This document shows, in pieces, positions 22,042 through 31,382 of a stretch of 64,000 bases of DNA. The notes under the pieces were generated by a model. The model made no database searches, was not told where the DNA came from, and worked only from the letters and a program-made list of their open reading frames with translations. How positions within the stretch are numbered: the first letter of the stretch is position 1; each line of letters begins with the position of its first letter. Origin of the DNA: Myxococcota bacterium (lineage in GTDB: Bacteria > Myxococcota > JACRCW01); the NCBI GenBank assembly GCA_040752415.1, contig JBFMGU010000015.1, positions 1-64,000 on the forward strand, written 5' to 3'. The translations under genes were made by a program, and so were the position numbers.

Positions 22042-22962
22042 ATGCAGTACGCCCCCCTCAAGCCGCGGCGGCCGCTGGCGAGCATCCTGGATGCCGTTGG
22101 CAACACGCCGCTCATCCGGTTGCGCAGCATTGAGCGGAGCGCGCCGCACAGCCGCATCTACGCCAAGGCGGAGTTCCTCAACCCCGGCGGAAGCGTGAAG
22201 GACCGGCCCGCGTTGCAGATGGTGCAGGAGGCGGTGGCCGACGGGCGGCTGACCCGCGACCGGATCCTCATCGACTCCACCAGCGGCAACACCGGCGTGG
22301 CCTACAGCCTGGTGTGCGCGGCCATGGGCTACCGTTGCACGCTGGTGATGCCCGCCAACGTGAGCCAGCCGCGCAAGGACATCACGCGCGCGTTTGGGAC
22401 GGAGCTGGTGTTCTCCAGTGAGCTGGAGGGCAGCGACGGCGCCATCATGCTGGTGCGCAAGATGGTGGCGGAGGAGCCGGACCGGTACTTCTTCTGCGAC
22501 CAGTACGGGAATCCGGGAAACCCGCGCGCCCATGAGCTGGGCACGGGCCCGGAGATCCTGCGCGACTGCCCGGACGTCACGCACTTTGTGGCCGGCGTGG
22601 GGACCACCGGCACGGTGATGGGAACCAGTCGCGCGCTCAAGAAGTATGACCGCAGGATCCGCTGCGTGGCGCTGCATCCGGATGACGCCATGCACGGGCT
22701 GGAAGGGCTCAAGCACCTGGCCAGCTCCATTGTGCCGCGCATCTGGGACGCCGCCACGCTGGATGAGCACCTCACCATCACCACCGATGAGGGCTGGGAC
22801 ATGGCGGACCGCCTGGCGCGCGAGGAGGGCCTGATGGTGGGCCACTCCGCGGGAGCCAACGTGGCGGGCGCGGTGCGGGTGGCGCGCGCGAACCCGGGCG
22901 CCGTGGTGGTCACCGTGCTCTGCGACGGAGCAAGCCGGTACCTGCCGGTGCTGCGCTGGTGA
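22042..22962 (+). CDS. cysM: PLP-dependent cysteine synthase family protein (CysM-like)
   Basis: VGNTPL, KAEFLNPGGSVKDR (PLP Lys), STSGNTG, GVGTTGT; 12 bp downstream of the sulfur carrier. Confidence 0.85.
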   Translation: MQYAPLKPRRPLASILDAVGNTPLIRLRSIERSAPHSRIYAKAEFLNPGGSVKDRPALQMVQEAVADGRLTRDRILIDSTSGNTGVAYSLVCAAMGYRCTLVMPANVSQPRKDITRAFGTELVFSSELEGSDGAIMLVRKMVAEEPDRYFFCDQYGNPGNPRAHELGTGPEILRDCPDVTHFVAGVGTTGTVMGTSRALKKYDRRIRCVALHPDDAMHGLEGLKHLASSIVPRIWDAATLDEHLTITTDEGWDMADRLAREEGLMVGHSAGANVAGAVRVARANPGAVVVTVLCDGASRYLPVLRW

Positions 22963-23000
22963 GGGGTGGCGGGGGGGTTCACGAGTTCCCACAAAAGGGA

Positions 23001-23090
23001 GTCAGAAGACAGAAGTCAGAAGTCAGAAGTCAGAAGTCAGAAGGTGCTGACCGCTGAGCGTCGCGGGGACGCCTTCTGACTGCTGACTTC
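23001..23090. repeat. Intergenic heptamer tandem repeat (GTCAGAA x6) with an inverted partner arm
   Basis: Six units at 23001-23042 (one is GACAGAA); 23071-23090 is a near reverse complement of 23026-23045. Confidence 0.85.
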
Positions 23091-23324
23091 CTCTTCGGAA
23101 CTCCCGCCAATCCAGGAGAAATCCGTTGCATTGCGGGTGGCGTTCTTGCCCGCGCTGACGTGCGTCGTTATCAGTCATCACTGCAACAGGGCAGAACAGA
23201 CCGGGTGCCACCGAGCAGGAACCTTCCGGTCGACCTTGTCCCCTCTCACACTTTGCATGAGTGGCGTCCCGGGCACGCGCAGCGCGCGCCCCGGAGAGGT
23301 GTTGTTCCTGCAGACGGAGAGCAC

Positions 23325-23624
23325 ATGGCCCGCACGAGCACCAAGGGCGGCAAGAAGAGGTCCAGCGGAAGAAAGACCGCGTCCCGGAAGACCAGCACGC
23401 GCACCGCGCGCACCACCAGGAAGGCCACCGGCCGCAAGTACGGCGCCAAGGCCAAGAGCAAGGTGGGTCAGACCATGAAGGAGTACAAGCGTGGCGAGCT
23501 CACCAGCGGCCGGGGCGCCAAGGTCAAGGGCCGCAAGCAGGCCGTGGCCATTGGGCTGAGCAAGGCGCGCAAGGCCGGCGCCAAGGTCCCCGCGCGGGGC
23601 GGCCGGGGCAAAAAAAAAACGTGA
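23325..23624 (+). CDS. Small highly basic Lys/Arg-rich protein (DUF6496-like, histone-like)
   Basis: KVGQTMKEYKRGELTSG...KVKGRKQAVAIGLSKARKAG motif; RBS GGAGAG. Confidence 0.8.
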   Translation: MARTSTKGGKKRSSGRKTASRKTSTRTARTTRKATGRKYGAKAKSKVGQTMKEYKRGELTSGRGAKVKGRKQAVAIGLSKARKAGAKVPARGGRGKKKT

Positions 23625-23947
23625 CTGAGGCGGGGGTCTTCGCGCCCGGCACGCCGCTGACCAAGGAGCAACCGGAGCGCGAGGCCCAGGCGGCCGCCGC
23701 CATTCCCACGCCGCCGGCGCGTGAGGTGGTGGAGGTGCCGGAGCGGGAGGTTGGCGGCGAGGAGAAGGGGCGCCCCGCGCCCATGCGGGCGGCGCGCAAC
23801 CTGGTGGATGACGTGGGGCACGCCGTCATGGACACGCCCACGCGGGTGATGGGCTACGCCATGCAGATGGCGGACTGGATTGGCGGGAGGATTGCGCGCG
23901 CGGGGCGGAACCTGCCACGCCTGCCCAGGCTCCCGCTGCGCCGGTGA
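23621..23947 (+). CDS. Hypothetical protein
   Basis: GTG start overlaps the upstream stop (GTGA); GC3-rich codons. Confidence 0.55.
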   Translation: MTEAGVFAPGTPLTKEQPEREAQAAAAIPTPPAREVVEVPEREVGGEEKGRPAPMRAARNLVDDVGHAVMDTPTRVMGYAMQMADWIGGRIARAGRNLPRLPRLPLRR

Positions 23948-23963
23948 CGACGGAAGCACGCCC

Positions 23964-25103
23964 TCACAACGCCACCAGGCCGCGCTCCACGAATGCGTGC
24001 ACGATGCGCATGACGTCGGCCTCCGGGATGGGGCTGGTCTGGATGAGCTGCGCCACGTTGCGCTGGCCATCAATGCGCTCCAGCACGTAACGCTCCTTGC
24101 TGGTGAACATCACGCGCGCCAGGTCACGACGTGACGCCAGCAGCCTGGGCACCGCCTCCCGCGCAATGGTCACCCGCGACTCCACCCGCCATTCATCCGC
24201 GCCGTAGGTGCTCATCACCGCCAACGCCTCGGTGTGGTTGGGGTCCGCCTCCAGGATGCGTCGCGCCTTCGCCACCGCTTCGTGCACGCGTCGCGCGGCC
24301 AGAAGCTCCCGCAGTTGCGTGGAGGCATCCTTCACCGGGGCCAGGCGCTGGGAGGGCTCGGTGACGTCGTTCCAGCCCTCCTCCTCGCTCAGCACCTCCT
24401 CCGTGGGCGGGAGCACCCGCAGCGCGCCGCGCTTCACCAGCTCGAAGATGCGGACGAAGAGATAGAAGTCCAGCATCCGCGTCTCCAGCGCCAGCTCCGC
24501 CAACGTGCGCATGCCCGTGGACAGCTCCACCAGGCGCAGGTCCGTGGTGTTGAGATTCACCGGGATGGCGCCGTTGACCTCCACGCGGTGCCGCGCGGTG
24601 GGCAGCACCCGACGCATCTCACTCCACATGTTCGCCCGGCTCTGCGCCTCGCTGTGCACGTCCTGCAACGAGATGGACGTGGGCGCGTCGAGTTCGGTGT
24701 TGCGCGTGACGCTGGTGTCCAGCTCCAACGTGCCGGTGCGCCACTCCAGCGCGTCCAGCACGCACTCGCGCGTCTTGAAGTTGAGCACGCGGTTCAGCCG
24801 CTCCGTGTCCAGCAGTCGGCTGCGGACCAGCAGCATGCCCAGCGGCGTGGTGGTTCCGGCCTGCGCCTGCAGTGCCAGCCGGAGGTGATCCTCCTTCACG
24901 TAGCCGTAGTTGAGCAGCAGCTGGCCCAGCTTCTCCCGGCCGTCCGTGCTGGTGGCCTGCCTGATGATGCCGTCCTGCAGCTGGATCTCCTTGCGCACGT
25001 CGCCACGCTCAAGCCGGAGGCGGCCCGTGGTGCGGCAGCGCGAGAGCGTGAGCAGCAGCTCCGACAGCGGCAGCACGTCCAGGTCACCCTTGAGGTTTCC
25101 CAT
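23964..25103 (-). CDS. DUF4388-domain protein
   Basis: LKGDL..LPLSELLLTL..CRTTGRLRL...K.I.LQDG; LGQLL..G; ALEWRTG. Confidence 0.85.
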   Translation of the reverse strand: MGNLKGDLDVLPLSELLLTLSRCRTTGRLRLERGDVRKEIQLQDGIIRQATSTDGREKLGQLLLNYGYVKEDHLRLALQAQAGTTTPLGMLLVRSRLLDTERLNRVLNFKTRECVLDALEWRTGTLELDTSVTRNTELDAPTSISLQDVHSEAQSRANMWSEMRRVLPTARHRVEVNGAIPVNLNTTDLRLVELSTGMRTLAELALETRMLDFYLFVRIFELVKRGALRVLPPTEEVLSEEEGWNDVTEPSQRLAPVKDASTQLRELLAARRVHEAVAKARRILEADPNHTEALAVMSTYGADEWRVESRVTIAREAVPRLLASRRDLARVMFTSKERYVLERIDGQRNVAQLIQTSPIPEADVMRIVHAFVERGLVAL

Positions 25104-25220
25104 GGCTCTTTCCCGGGGCCGCGACGACGTGCCCGGCACGAGGGTGGTTCCGGGACGAACTCTGGGTCAAGTGCCCGGTTGGCGCCGTTGTTACACCCGC
25201 GGGGAAGACGGAGGTGGTCC

Positions 25221-25928
25221 ATGTCCGAGTCAGCGCGTCCGCGTGGGGTGCTCCTGGACCTCGACGGCACGTTGGTGGACAGCAACGACGCGCACGCGCA
25301 CGCCTGGGCGGAGGCGCTGACCCGCGCGGGATGGCACGTCAGCTTCGAGGATGTTCGCCCCCGCATCGGCATGGGCGCGGACAAGCTGATCCCGCTCTTC
25401 ACCGGCATGCCGGCCGAGAGCGAGAACGCGCAGGAGCTGGCACGTCGTCGCACGCGGCTGTTCCTGGAGAGCCATCTCCCCCACGTGCGTCCCTTCCCAC
25501 GCACGCGTGAGCTGCTCCTGCGCATGCGCCAGGAACGTCTGCGGCTCATCCTGGCCACCAGCGCCCGCGACGAGGAGCTGGCGGGTCTGCTCACCATGGC
25601 CGGCGTGGCGGACCTGCTGGACGCGCACACCAGCGCGGATGACGCCGGCGCCTCCAAGCCCGACCCCGACGTCATCCTGGCCGCGGTGAAGCTCAGCGGA
25701 CTGCGCCCGGCCCAGCTGGTCCTGCTCGGGGACACGCCCTACGACGTGACCGCGGGGCGAAGCGCGGGGGTGCCGGTGATTGCGCTGCGTTGTGGCGGAT
25801 ACTGGACGGACCGTGACCTGGCCGGCGCGGTGGCCATCTACGACAGCCCCGCGGCGCTGCTGGCCGGTTTCGAGTCCTCGCTGCTGGGGCGGGGGCGCGG
25901 TGGGGAGCTTACAGCCGGCGCTCCATGA
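25221..25928 (+). CDS. HAD-superfamily hydrolase
   Basis: DLDGTLVDS, ATS, SKPDPD, GDTPYD motifs. Confidence 0.92.
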   Translation: MSESARPRGVLLDLDGTLVDSNDAHAHAWAEALTRAGWHVSFEDVRPRIGMGADKLIPLFTGMPAESENAQELARRRTRLFLESHLPHVRPFPRTRELLLRMRQERLRLILATSARDEELAGLLTMAGVADLLDAHTSADDAGASKPDPDVILAAVKLSGLRPAQLVLLGDTPYDVTAGRSAGVPVIALRCGGYWTDRDLAGAVAIYDSPAALLAGFESSLLGRGRGGELTAGAP

Positions 25929-26388
25929 GCAGCACGCCCTCGTCGAGGGAGGTGCGTCTCACGAATCCGTGATGGCTCATGAAGCTCTGCTCGCGCACCT
26001 CACTGGCGGGCACGGCGGCGCAGACGGAGTGGCATCCCAGCTGTCGGAACGCGTGAAGCTGCGCGTGCACCAGGTGGCCGCCCACGCCCAGGCCCCGCAT
26101 GTCCGGGTGCACCACCAGGCGCAAGCACCAGCCCACGCGCGGGTTCTGCTCATCCACGCGGCCCAGGATGACGCCCACCAGCTCTTCACGTCGTCGACTG
26201 GCGCCGAGCTGGACCCAGGGACACAGCGAGAGGGCCCGGAGCTGGGAGCGCAGGCCGGCCTCGGTGTACGGACCGGGGGAGAGCAGCAGCAGGGCCAGCG
26301 CCGCGTCCTGGTCGGCGGGCGTCAACGGAAAGACCCCCACGCGCTGTGGCTCCTGTGCCGTCGACGAACGACCATCCATGGCAACCAT
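25909..26388 (-). CDS. GNAT-family N-acetyltransferase
   Basis: LVVHPDMRGLGVGGHL acetyl-CoA motif; F..HHGF; start codon uncertain. Confidence 0.75.
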   Translation of the reverse strand: MVAMDGRSSTAQEPQRVGVFPLTPADQDAALALLLLSPGPYTEAGLRSQLRALSLCPWVQLGASRRREELVGVILGRVDEQNPRVGWCLRLVVHPDMRGLGVGGHLVHAQLHAFRQLGCHSVCAAVPASEVREQSFMSHHGFVRRTSLDEGVLLMERRL

Positions 26389-26499
26389 GCGCGCCAACCT
26401 CCTGTGCTCCGTGAAGGGGATGCCGCTCCCGCCACGTGGGATGTGCGGGACGCTGGCCAGACATGCGCGGAGGTGAGTGGCCCCAGGCCAAGAGGCGTC

Positions 26500-27177
26500 C
26501 TAACGAAGCGGTGCGTGCACTTCAGCCGCGCGGGGCCGACCCCGACGCAGCGCACGGGCCATGACGGTGAGATCCTCCACGAAGCGACGGGTCTCCAGCG
26601 CGCGGGTCTCGTCGTCGGGAGCGCGCAGGATGGCGGATGGGTGCACCGTGGCCAGCACCAGCTCCGCCAGCGGAGAGGTGACCAGCTCCCCGCGTTGTCG
26701 AGACACGCGGAAGTCCTTCCCCAGCAGCGCCTGCGCCGCGGTGGCGCCCAGGCACACCAGGCCCCGAGGTCGAACCTGCTCGATCTCGGCGTGGAGCCAG
26801 GGCAGGCACGCCGCCATCTGCGCTTCGCTGGGTTTCTTGTGGATTCGTCGCTTGCCGCGTGGCTCCCAACGGAAATGCTTCACCACGTTGGTGATGTAGA
26901 TGCGGTCCGGATCCAGTCCGGCTTCCGCGGCGGCCTTGCGCAACAGCCTCCCGGAAGGCCCCACAAAGGGCTTGCCCTGCAGATCCTCGTCGTTCCCGGG
27001 CTGCTCTCCCACGAACATCAGCTCGGCGTGCGGGTCGCCATCGCCAAACACCGTCTGGGTGGCGTTGCGGTACAGGTCACATCCCTGGCACTCCGCCGCG
27101 GCCTGGCGCAGCGTGCGCAGCGAGCGTTTCTCCGGCAGGAACGGGAGGGCGGTGGGGAACGGGTTGCGTCGGGTCAT
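26500..27177 (-). CDS. udgX: UdgX-family uracil-DNA binding protein (family 4 UDG fold)
   Basis: CQGC, GEQPG, NVVKHF, R-loop [16 protein letters not shown]. Confidence 0.88.
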   Translation of the reverse strand: MTRRNPFPTALPFLPEKRSLRTLRQAAAECQGCDLYRNATQTVFGDGDPHAELMFVGEQPGNDEDLQGKPFVGPSGRLLRKAAAEAGLDPDRIYITNVVKHFRWEPRGKRRIHKKPSEAQMAACLPWLHAEIEQVRPRGLVCLGATAAQALLGKDFRVSRQRGELVTSPLAELVLATVHPSAILRAPDDETRALETRRFVEDLTVMARALRRGRPRAAEVHAPLR

Positions 27178-27512
27178 GCGCCTCCCGGCTTGAGTGAGCG
27201 GTACTGCTTCTTGTCCGCCACGTCCTTCCACTTGTCCGCGTCGGGGAGCGCGGGTTTCTGCTTGGGGATGTTGGGCCATTGCTTGGAGAGCGTGGCGTTG
27301 AGCTCCTCGTACTCCTTCCACTTCTCCGGCAGGGAGCTGTCCGGGAAGATGGCGTTGGTGGGGCACGCGGGCTCGCACGCACCGCAGTCAATGCACTCAT
27401 CCGGGTGGATGACCAGCCAGTTCTCGCCTTCGTAGAAACAGCTCACCGGACAGACTTCCACGCAGTCGGTGTACTTGCACTTGATGCAGGGCTCGGCCAC
27501 CACGTACGGCAT
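27174..27512 (-). CDS. fdxA: Dicluster (7Fe-type) ferredoxin
   Basis: [15 protein letters not shown]...[17 protein letters not shown]. Confidence 0.92.
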   Translation of the reverse strand: MPYVVAEPCIKCKYTDCVEVCPVSCFYEGENWLVIHPDECIDCGACEPACPTNAIFPDSSLPEKWKEYEELNATLSKQWPNIPKQKPALPDADKWKDVADKKQYRSLKPGGA

Positions 27513-27674
27513 GCAACCTCCCCGGCCCGTCGTCGGGCGCAGCGGCCCATGTTTGTAACGGAGGCCGCGGACGCGGGCAGCGCGCGGAGGTGACCTCGGG
27601 GTGACGTCGGGCTCGTGCCGGCGGGGAACCTCGCGCGGTTGGGCGGTGTCCGTGATGGACGGAAAGGGAACACC

Positions 27675-29966
27675 ATGCGAGCCCATCCGTCCCGCGCGCG
27701 GCCGGTGCTGCCGGCGCTGCTGTTCACGTTGGCGTCCACCTCCACGCTGGCCAGCCCCGCTCCCGACGACGTGGAGGCGCCGTACTTCCAGGTCACCACG
27801 CCCGGCGCCGTGGACGCGTTTCCGCTGAAGGACACCCGCGCGGAGGTGCGCATCTCCGGCGTGGTGGCGCACGTGCATGTCACGCAGACCTACCGCAACG
27901 ACGGCAAGGCGACGCTGGAGGCCGAGTACGTGTTTCCCGCGTCGACGCGCGCGGCGGTGCACGGAATGAAGATGACCGTGGGCGCACGCACCATCACCGC
28001 GGCCATCCGCAAGCGCGACGACGCCAGACGCGAGTACGCGCGCGCCCGCGACGAGGGCCGTGCCGCATCCCTGCTGGACCAGGAGCGACCCAACGTGTTG
28101 CAGATGCACGTGGCCAACATCCGCCCGGGAGACCAGGTCACGGTGGGGCTGGACTACGTGGAGCACCTGGTTCCCGAGGAGGGCGTCTACGAATTCGCGT
28201 ATCCCGCCGTCGTGGGGCCGCGGTACGCGGGAGGTGTCGCGTCGGAGGAGCGCTGGGTGGCCAATCCGCACGTGGCCGCCGAGACGCCGCCGTTCAGCTG
28301 GGACCTCGCCGTGAACCTCACCGCGGGTGTGCCAATCCGGGAGCTGATGAGCCCTTCGCACACCATCGGGACGAACTTCGTGGGACCGGCGGAGGCGGAC
28401 GTGGTGCTGGACGCCACCGAGCACAACCCGGGCAACCGCGACTTCATCCTCCGCTACCGGCTCCAGGGTGACGACGTCACCACGGGGATGCTCCTGCACC
28501 CGGGAGACACGGAGGGCTTCTTCCTGCTCATGGCGCAGCCTCCGCAACGGGTTGAGCCCAGCATGATGCCGCCGCGCGAGTACGTGTTCATCGTCGACGT
28601 TTCCGGCTCCATGTCCGGCTTCCCGCTGAGCGTGGCCAAGGACCTCATGCGCAACCTGCTGGGCGGCATGCGCGGCGTGGACCTGTTCAACGTGCTCCTC
28701 TTCTCCGGCGGGTCCTCGGTGTTGGCGGAGGAGAGCGTGCCCGCCTCCGACGAGAACGTGGCCCGGGCCATGGACCTCGTCGACAACCAGCACGGCGGCG
28801 GAGGCACGGAGCTGCTTCCCGCGCTGCAACGCGCCCTCAAGCTTCCACGGGACCATTCGCGCTCCCGCATGGTGGTGCTCATCACCGACGGATACGTGGG
28901 CGTGGAGGCGCGTGCGTTCGAGCTCATTCGCGAGCACCTGGACCGCACCAACGTGTTCGCGTTTGGCATCGGCAGCAGCGTGAACCGGCATCTCATCGAG
29001 GGGCTCGCGCGCGCGGGTGCCGGCGAGCCCACGGTGGTCACCAGCGGTGACGATGTGAAACGCGCCGCGGAGCGGTTCCAGCGGATGGTGTCGCAGCCGG
29101 TGCTCACGGACGTGGAGGTGCGCTTCGAGGGGATGGAGGTGCATGACCTGGAGCCCGCGCGCATCCCGGACCTGCTGGCCGAGCGGCCGGTGGTGATCAT
29201 GGGCAAGTACCGCGGCGCCGCGCAGGGAAGGGTGATCCTCCGCGGGCGCAATGGTGGAAGCGTGGTGGAGCGTGTGCTGGATGTACCCACGCCCCCGACG
29301 GACGGACGACACTCCGCGCTGCGCACGTTGTGGGCGAGGCAACGCGTGGCGCACCTGGTGGACCTCTACGAGGTGGACGCCTCCGACGCGCGCGCCAAGA
29401 CGGTCACCGCGCTGGGGCTGCAATACGGGTTGCTCACGCCGTTCACCAGCTTCGTGGCGACGGACAGCGAGCGCCGCAACGCGGGCGGTTCCGTCACCAT
29501 CCGCCAACCCTTGCCGGCCGCCGAGGGCGTCACCGGGGGTGTTGCCGGCTTGATGGGAAAGAGCAGTGGCAGCGCCTACGGATATGGTGGCCTGGGGACG
29601 GGCTCCGGTGGCGGAGGTGCTGCGCGCGGCGGCGTCATGGCGGTGTACGGCACCCTCGGCAGGGCCAACGTCAGCGGCGCGTTGGACAAGGGCTCCGTGG
29701 CGCGCGTGATCAGGGCCGCGGACTTCCGCAAGTGTTACGATGTGGCGCTGCGAAAGGAGCCGAAGCTCGCTGGTCGCGTGACGTTGCGGCTGGTGATCAG
29801 CGCGGAGGGAAAGGTGACGGGCGCCACCACCGAGAGCACGGACATCACCGACGAGAACATGCTGGCCTGCATCCGCAAGCGGGCCGCCCGGATGACCTTT
29901 CCCACGGGATCCGGCGAGCTGAAGGTCAGTTATCCGCTGGTGTTCCGCCCGGCGAACGGAGGCTAA
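27675..29966 (+). CDS. Secreted VIT-vWA protein with C-terminal AgmX/PglI (TonB-C-like) domain
   Basis: VIT ([16 protein letters not shown]), [29 protein letters not shown]-terminal [13 protein letters not shown]...CI...FP....VSYPLVF. Confidence 0.88.
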   Translation: MRAHPSRARPVLPALLFTLASTSTLASPAPDDVEAPYFQVTTPGAVDAFPLKDTRAEVRISGVVAHVHVTQTYRNDGKATLEAEYVFPASTRAAVHGMKMTVGARTITAAIRKRDDARREYARARDEGRAASLLDQERPNVLQMHVANIRPGDQVTVGLDYVEHLVPEEGVYEFAYPAVVGPRYAGGVASEERWVANPHVAAETPPFSWDLAVNLTAGVPIRELMSPSHTIGTNFVGPAEADVVLDATEHNPGNRDFILRYRLQGDDVTTGMLLHPGDTEGFFLLMAQPPQRVEPSMMPPREYVFIVDVSGSMSGFPLSVAKDLMRNLLGGMRGVDLFNVLLFSGGSSVLAEESVPASDENVARAMDLVDNQHGGGGTELLPALQRALKLPRDHSRSRMVVLITDGYVGVEARAFELIREHLDRTNVFAFGIGSSVNRHLIEGLARAGAGEPTVVTSGDDVKRAAERFQRMVSQPVLTDVEVRFEGMEVHDLEPARIPDLLAERPVVIMGKYRGAAQGRVILRGRNGGSVVERVLDVPTPPTDGRHSALRTLWARQRVAHLVDLYEVDASDARAKTVTALGLQYGLLTPFTSFVATDSERRNAGGSVTIRQPLPAAEGVTGGVAGLMGKSSGSAYGYGGLGTGSGGGGAARGGVMAVYGTLGRANVSGALDKGSVARVIRAADFRKCYDVALRKEPKLAGRVTLRLVISAEGKVTGATTESTDITDENMLACIRKRAARMTFPTGSGELKVSYPLVFRPANGG

Positions 29967-30343
29967 CGCGCGGCGAAGCCCACCACGTTCCCGCCCGGCT
30001 CCCGCACCCAGATCTCCGTGGCGCCGTAGAAGGTCTGCCGCTTGGGCTGCACCACGTCCACGCCCTTCAGCGCCGCTTCCAGCTCCGCGAAGCCGGTGAC
30101 GTCGAGGTAGAGCAGGGTGGAGGTCACGTGGCTGGACAGCGCGGGGATGTCCTTCGTGATGCTCGCGCGGCTCTGGTACATGATTTCCACGCCGTCCTTG
30201 GCCAGGATGACAAAGCCCAGGTGGCCACCCTCCGGTACCTCCACGGTCTTCTTGAAGCCCAGCCGGTCCGTCCAGAAGGACAGGCAGGGTTCAATGGCAT
30301 CCACCACCAGGATGGGCGCGAGCTTGTTGAGCTTGATGGCCAT
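29963..30343 (-). CDS. VOC/glyoxalase-family protein
   Basis: [36 protein letters not shown]. Confidence 0.85.
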   Translation of the reverse strand: MAIKLNKLAPILVVDAIEPCLSFWTDRLGFKKTVEVPEGGHLGFVILAKDGVEIMYQSRASITKDIPALSSHVTSTLLYLDVTGFAELEAALKGVDVVQPKRQTFYGATEIWVREPGGNVVGFAAR

Positions 30344-30389
30344 GGTCTCCTCCTCGGAACGGAAGACCACGTCCTAGCACGACGAGCGC

Positions 30390-30860
30390 TCAGCGGAAGA
30401 AGGTCGCGTGACAGGCCACGCACGTTTCCGTCAGTTGCCCGAAGGCCCGGGCGATATCCGCGTCATTCCCCTTGGCCGCCGTCCGGGCCAAAACCCCGGC
30501 GCGCTCCTGCAGCAGGTCCTGGATGATGAAGAACCGCTCGGGAATCTCCGCGTTGACTTCGTTGCCGGTCATGCCCAGCGGCCGCGCCACCTTGGGCTCG
30601 CTGGCAATGCTGTCCGCCAAATGCTCCGTCTGATCATGCTCCAACAGCAGCACCGACCAGATCAGCTCCTCCATGTCGTCGCCGTGGCGCATCATGCGCG
30701 GCCACACCACCACACGGGAAACCTCGTTGAGGTCCTCGCCGCCCGCCCGCGGCGGCGGAATGTCCGTGGCCACGTCCTGGTTGGCCCAGGCCTGCACCCC
30801 CATCGACGCAGCCACTCCCAACGCCAACCCGAAGAACAACCACCACGCGCGCGACTTCAT
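30390..30860 (-). CDS. Exported class II (c'-like) cytochrome c
   Basis: Signal peptide, helical body, single C-terminal CVACH haem motif. Confidence 0.8.
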   Translation of the reverse strand: MKSRAWWLFFGLALGVAASMGVQAWANQDVATDIPPPRAGGEDLNEVSRVVVWPRMMRHGDDMEELIWSVLLLEHDQTEHLADSIASEPKVARPLGMTGNEVNAEIPERFFIIQDLLQERAGVLARTAAKGNDADIARAFGQLTETCVACHATFFR

Positions 30861-30916
30861 GGCGAACGCTCCAGTCCGGGACGGGGTCGACGTCACCTCG
30901 TCGCCGCGGAGGGGTG

Positions 30917-30933
30917 TGCATGCGCGGTGCCAG
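30917..30933 (-). promoter_or_regulatory. Candidate sigma54 (-24/-12) promoter for the cytochrome c gene
   Basis: Minus strand CTGGCACCGCGCATGCA, GG-N10-GC spacing, about 55 bp upstream of the ATG. Confidence 0.6.
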
Positions 30934-30937
30934 GGAA

Positions 30938-31261
30938 TCAGCGTTGCATCCGCTCCGCCAAGAACACATGCCGCCCCGCCTTCATGGCGCGCAGGCCCTG
31001 GACGGTGATCCGTTGACCGGTCACGACGTCCTGCCCGGCGACCAGGTGCACCTCCAACACGTCATCCTGCGTGCGGAGCATGAGCTGCACGCCCTCCGGC
31101 ACGCGCTTGAGGGCAACCACCTCTCCCTGCACCGTCTCCTCGCGGGTGACATCCCGTGCGTTGCTGGCAGCGGGCTTCTTCCATCCGTCCAGCGCCGCCG
31201 CCGTGGCGGGACCCAGCGGAACCGCAAGCGTGACGAGGACGAACAGCCCGTACACAGCCAT
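30938..31261 (-). CDS. Small exported hypothetical protein (OB-fold-like beta pattern)
   Basis: Signal-like hydrophobic N-terminus; TVQGEVV...L.LRT...LEVHL...GQRITVQG. Confidence 0.55.
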   Translation of the reverse strand: MAVYGLFVLVTLAVPLGPATAAALDGWKKPAASNARDVTREETVQGEVVALKRVPEGVQLMLRTQDDVLEVHLVAGQDVVTGQRITVQGLRAMKAGRHVFLAERMQR

Positions 31262-31382
31262 GTTTTCACGCGACATGATCAACGACCTCGCTGAATTGCG
31301 TCGTCGTTTCGCAAGAAACCTGCCATCATTCCCGAGCTGGGGTGATGGCGTGATGCGCAACGTGTGCGGGTGGAGGAAAACA

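Noticed and set aside
23001..23090. Repeat array as a CRISPR
   Set aside because: 7-bp units with no spacers and no cas genes.
23270..23286. Further sigma54-like motif upstream of the basic protein gene
   Set aside because: GG-N10-GC spacing is present, but it lacks the T before GG and before GC; too weak in GC-rich DNA.
27513..29507. 777-aa ORF apparently fusing a long N-terminus to the ferredoxin
   Set aside because: The extension is the antisense shadow of the VIT-vWA gene; the ferredoxin has its own GGAGG RBS and ATG at 27512.
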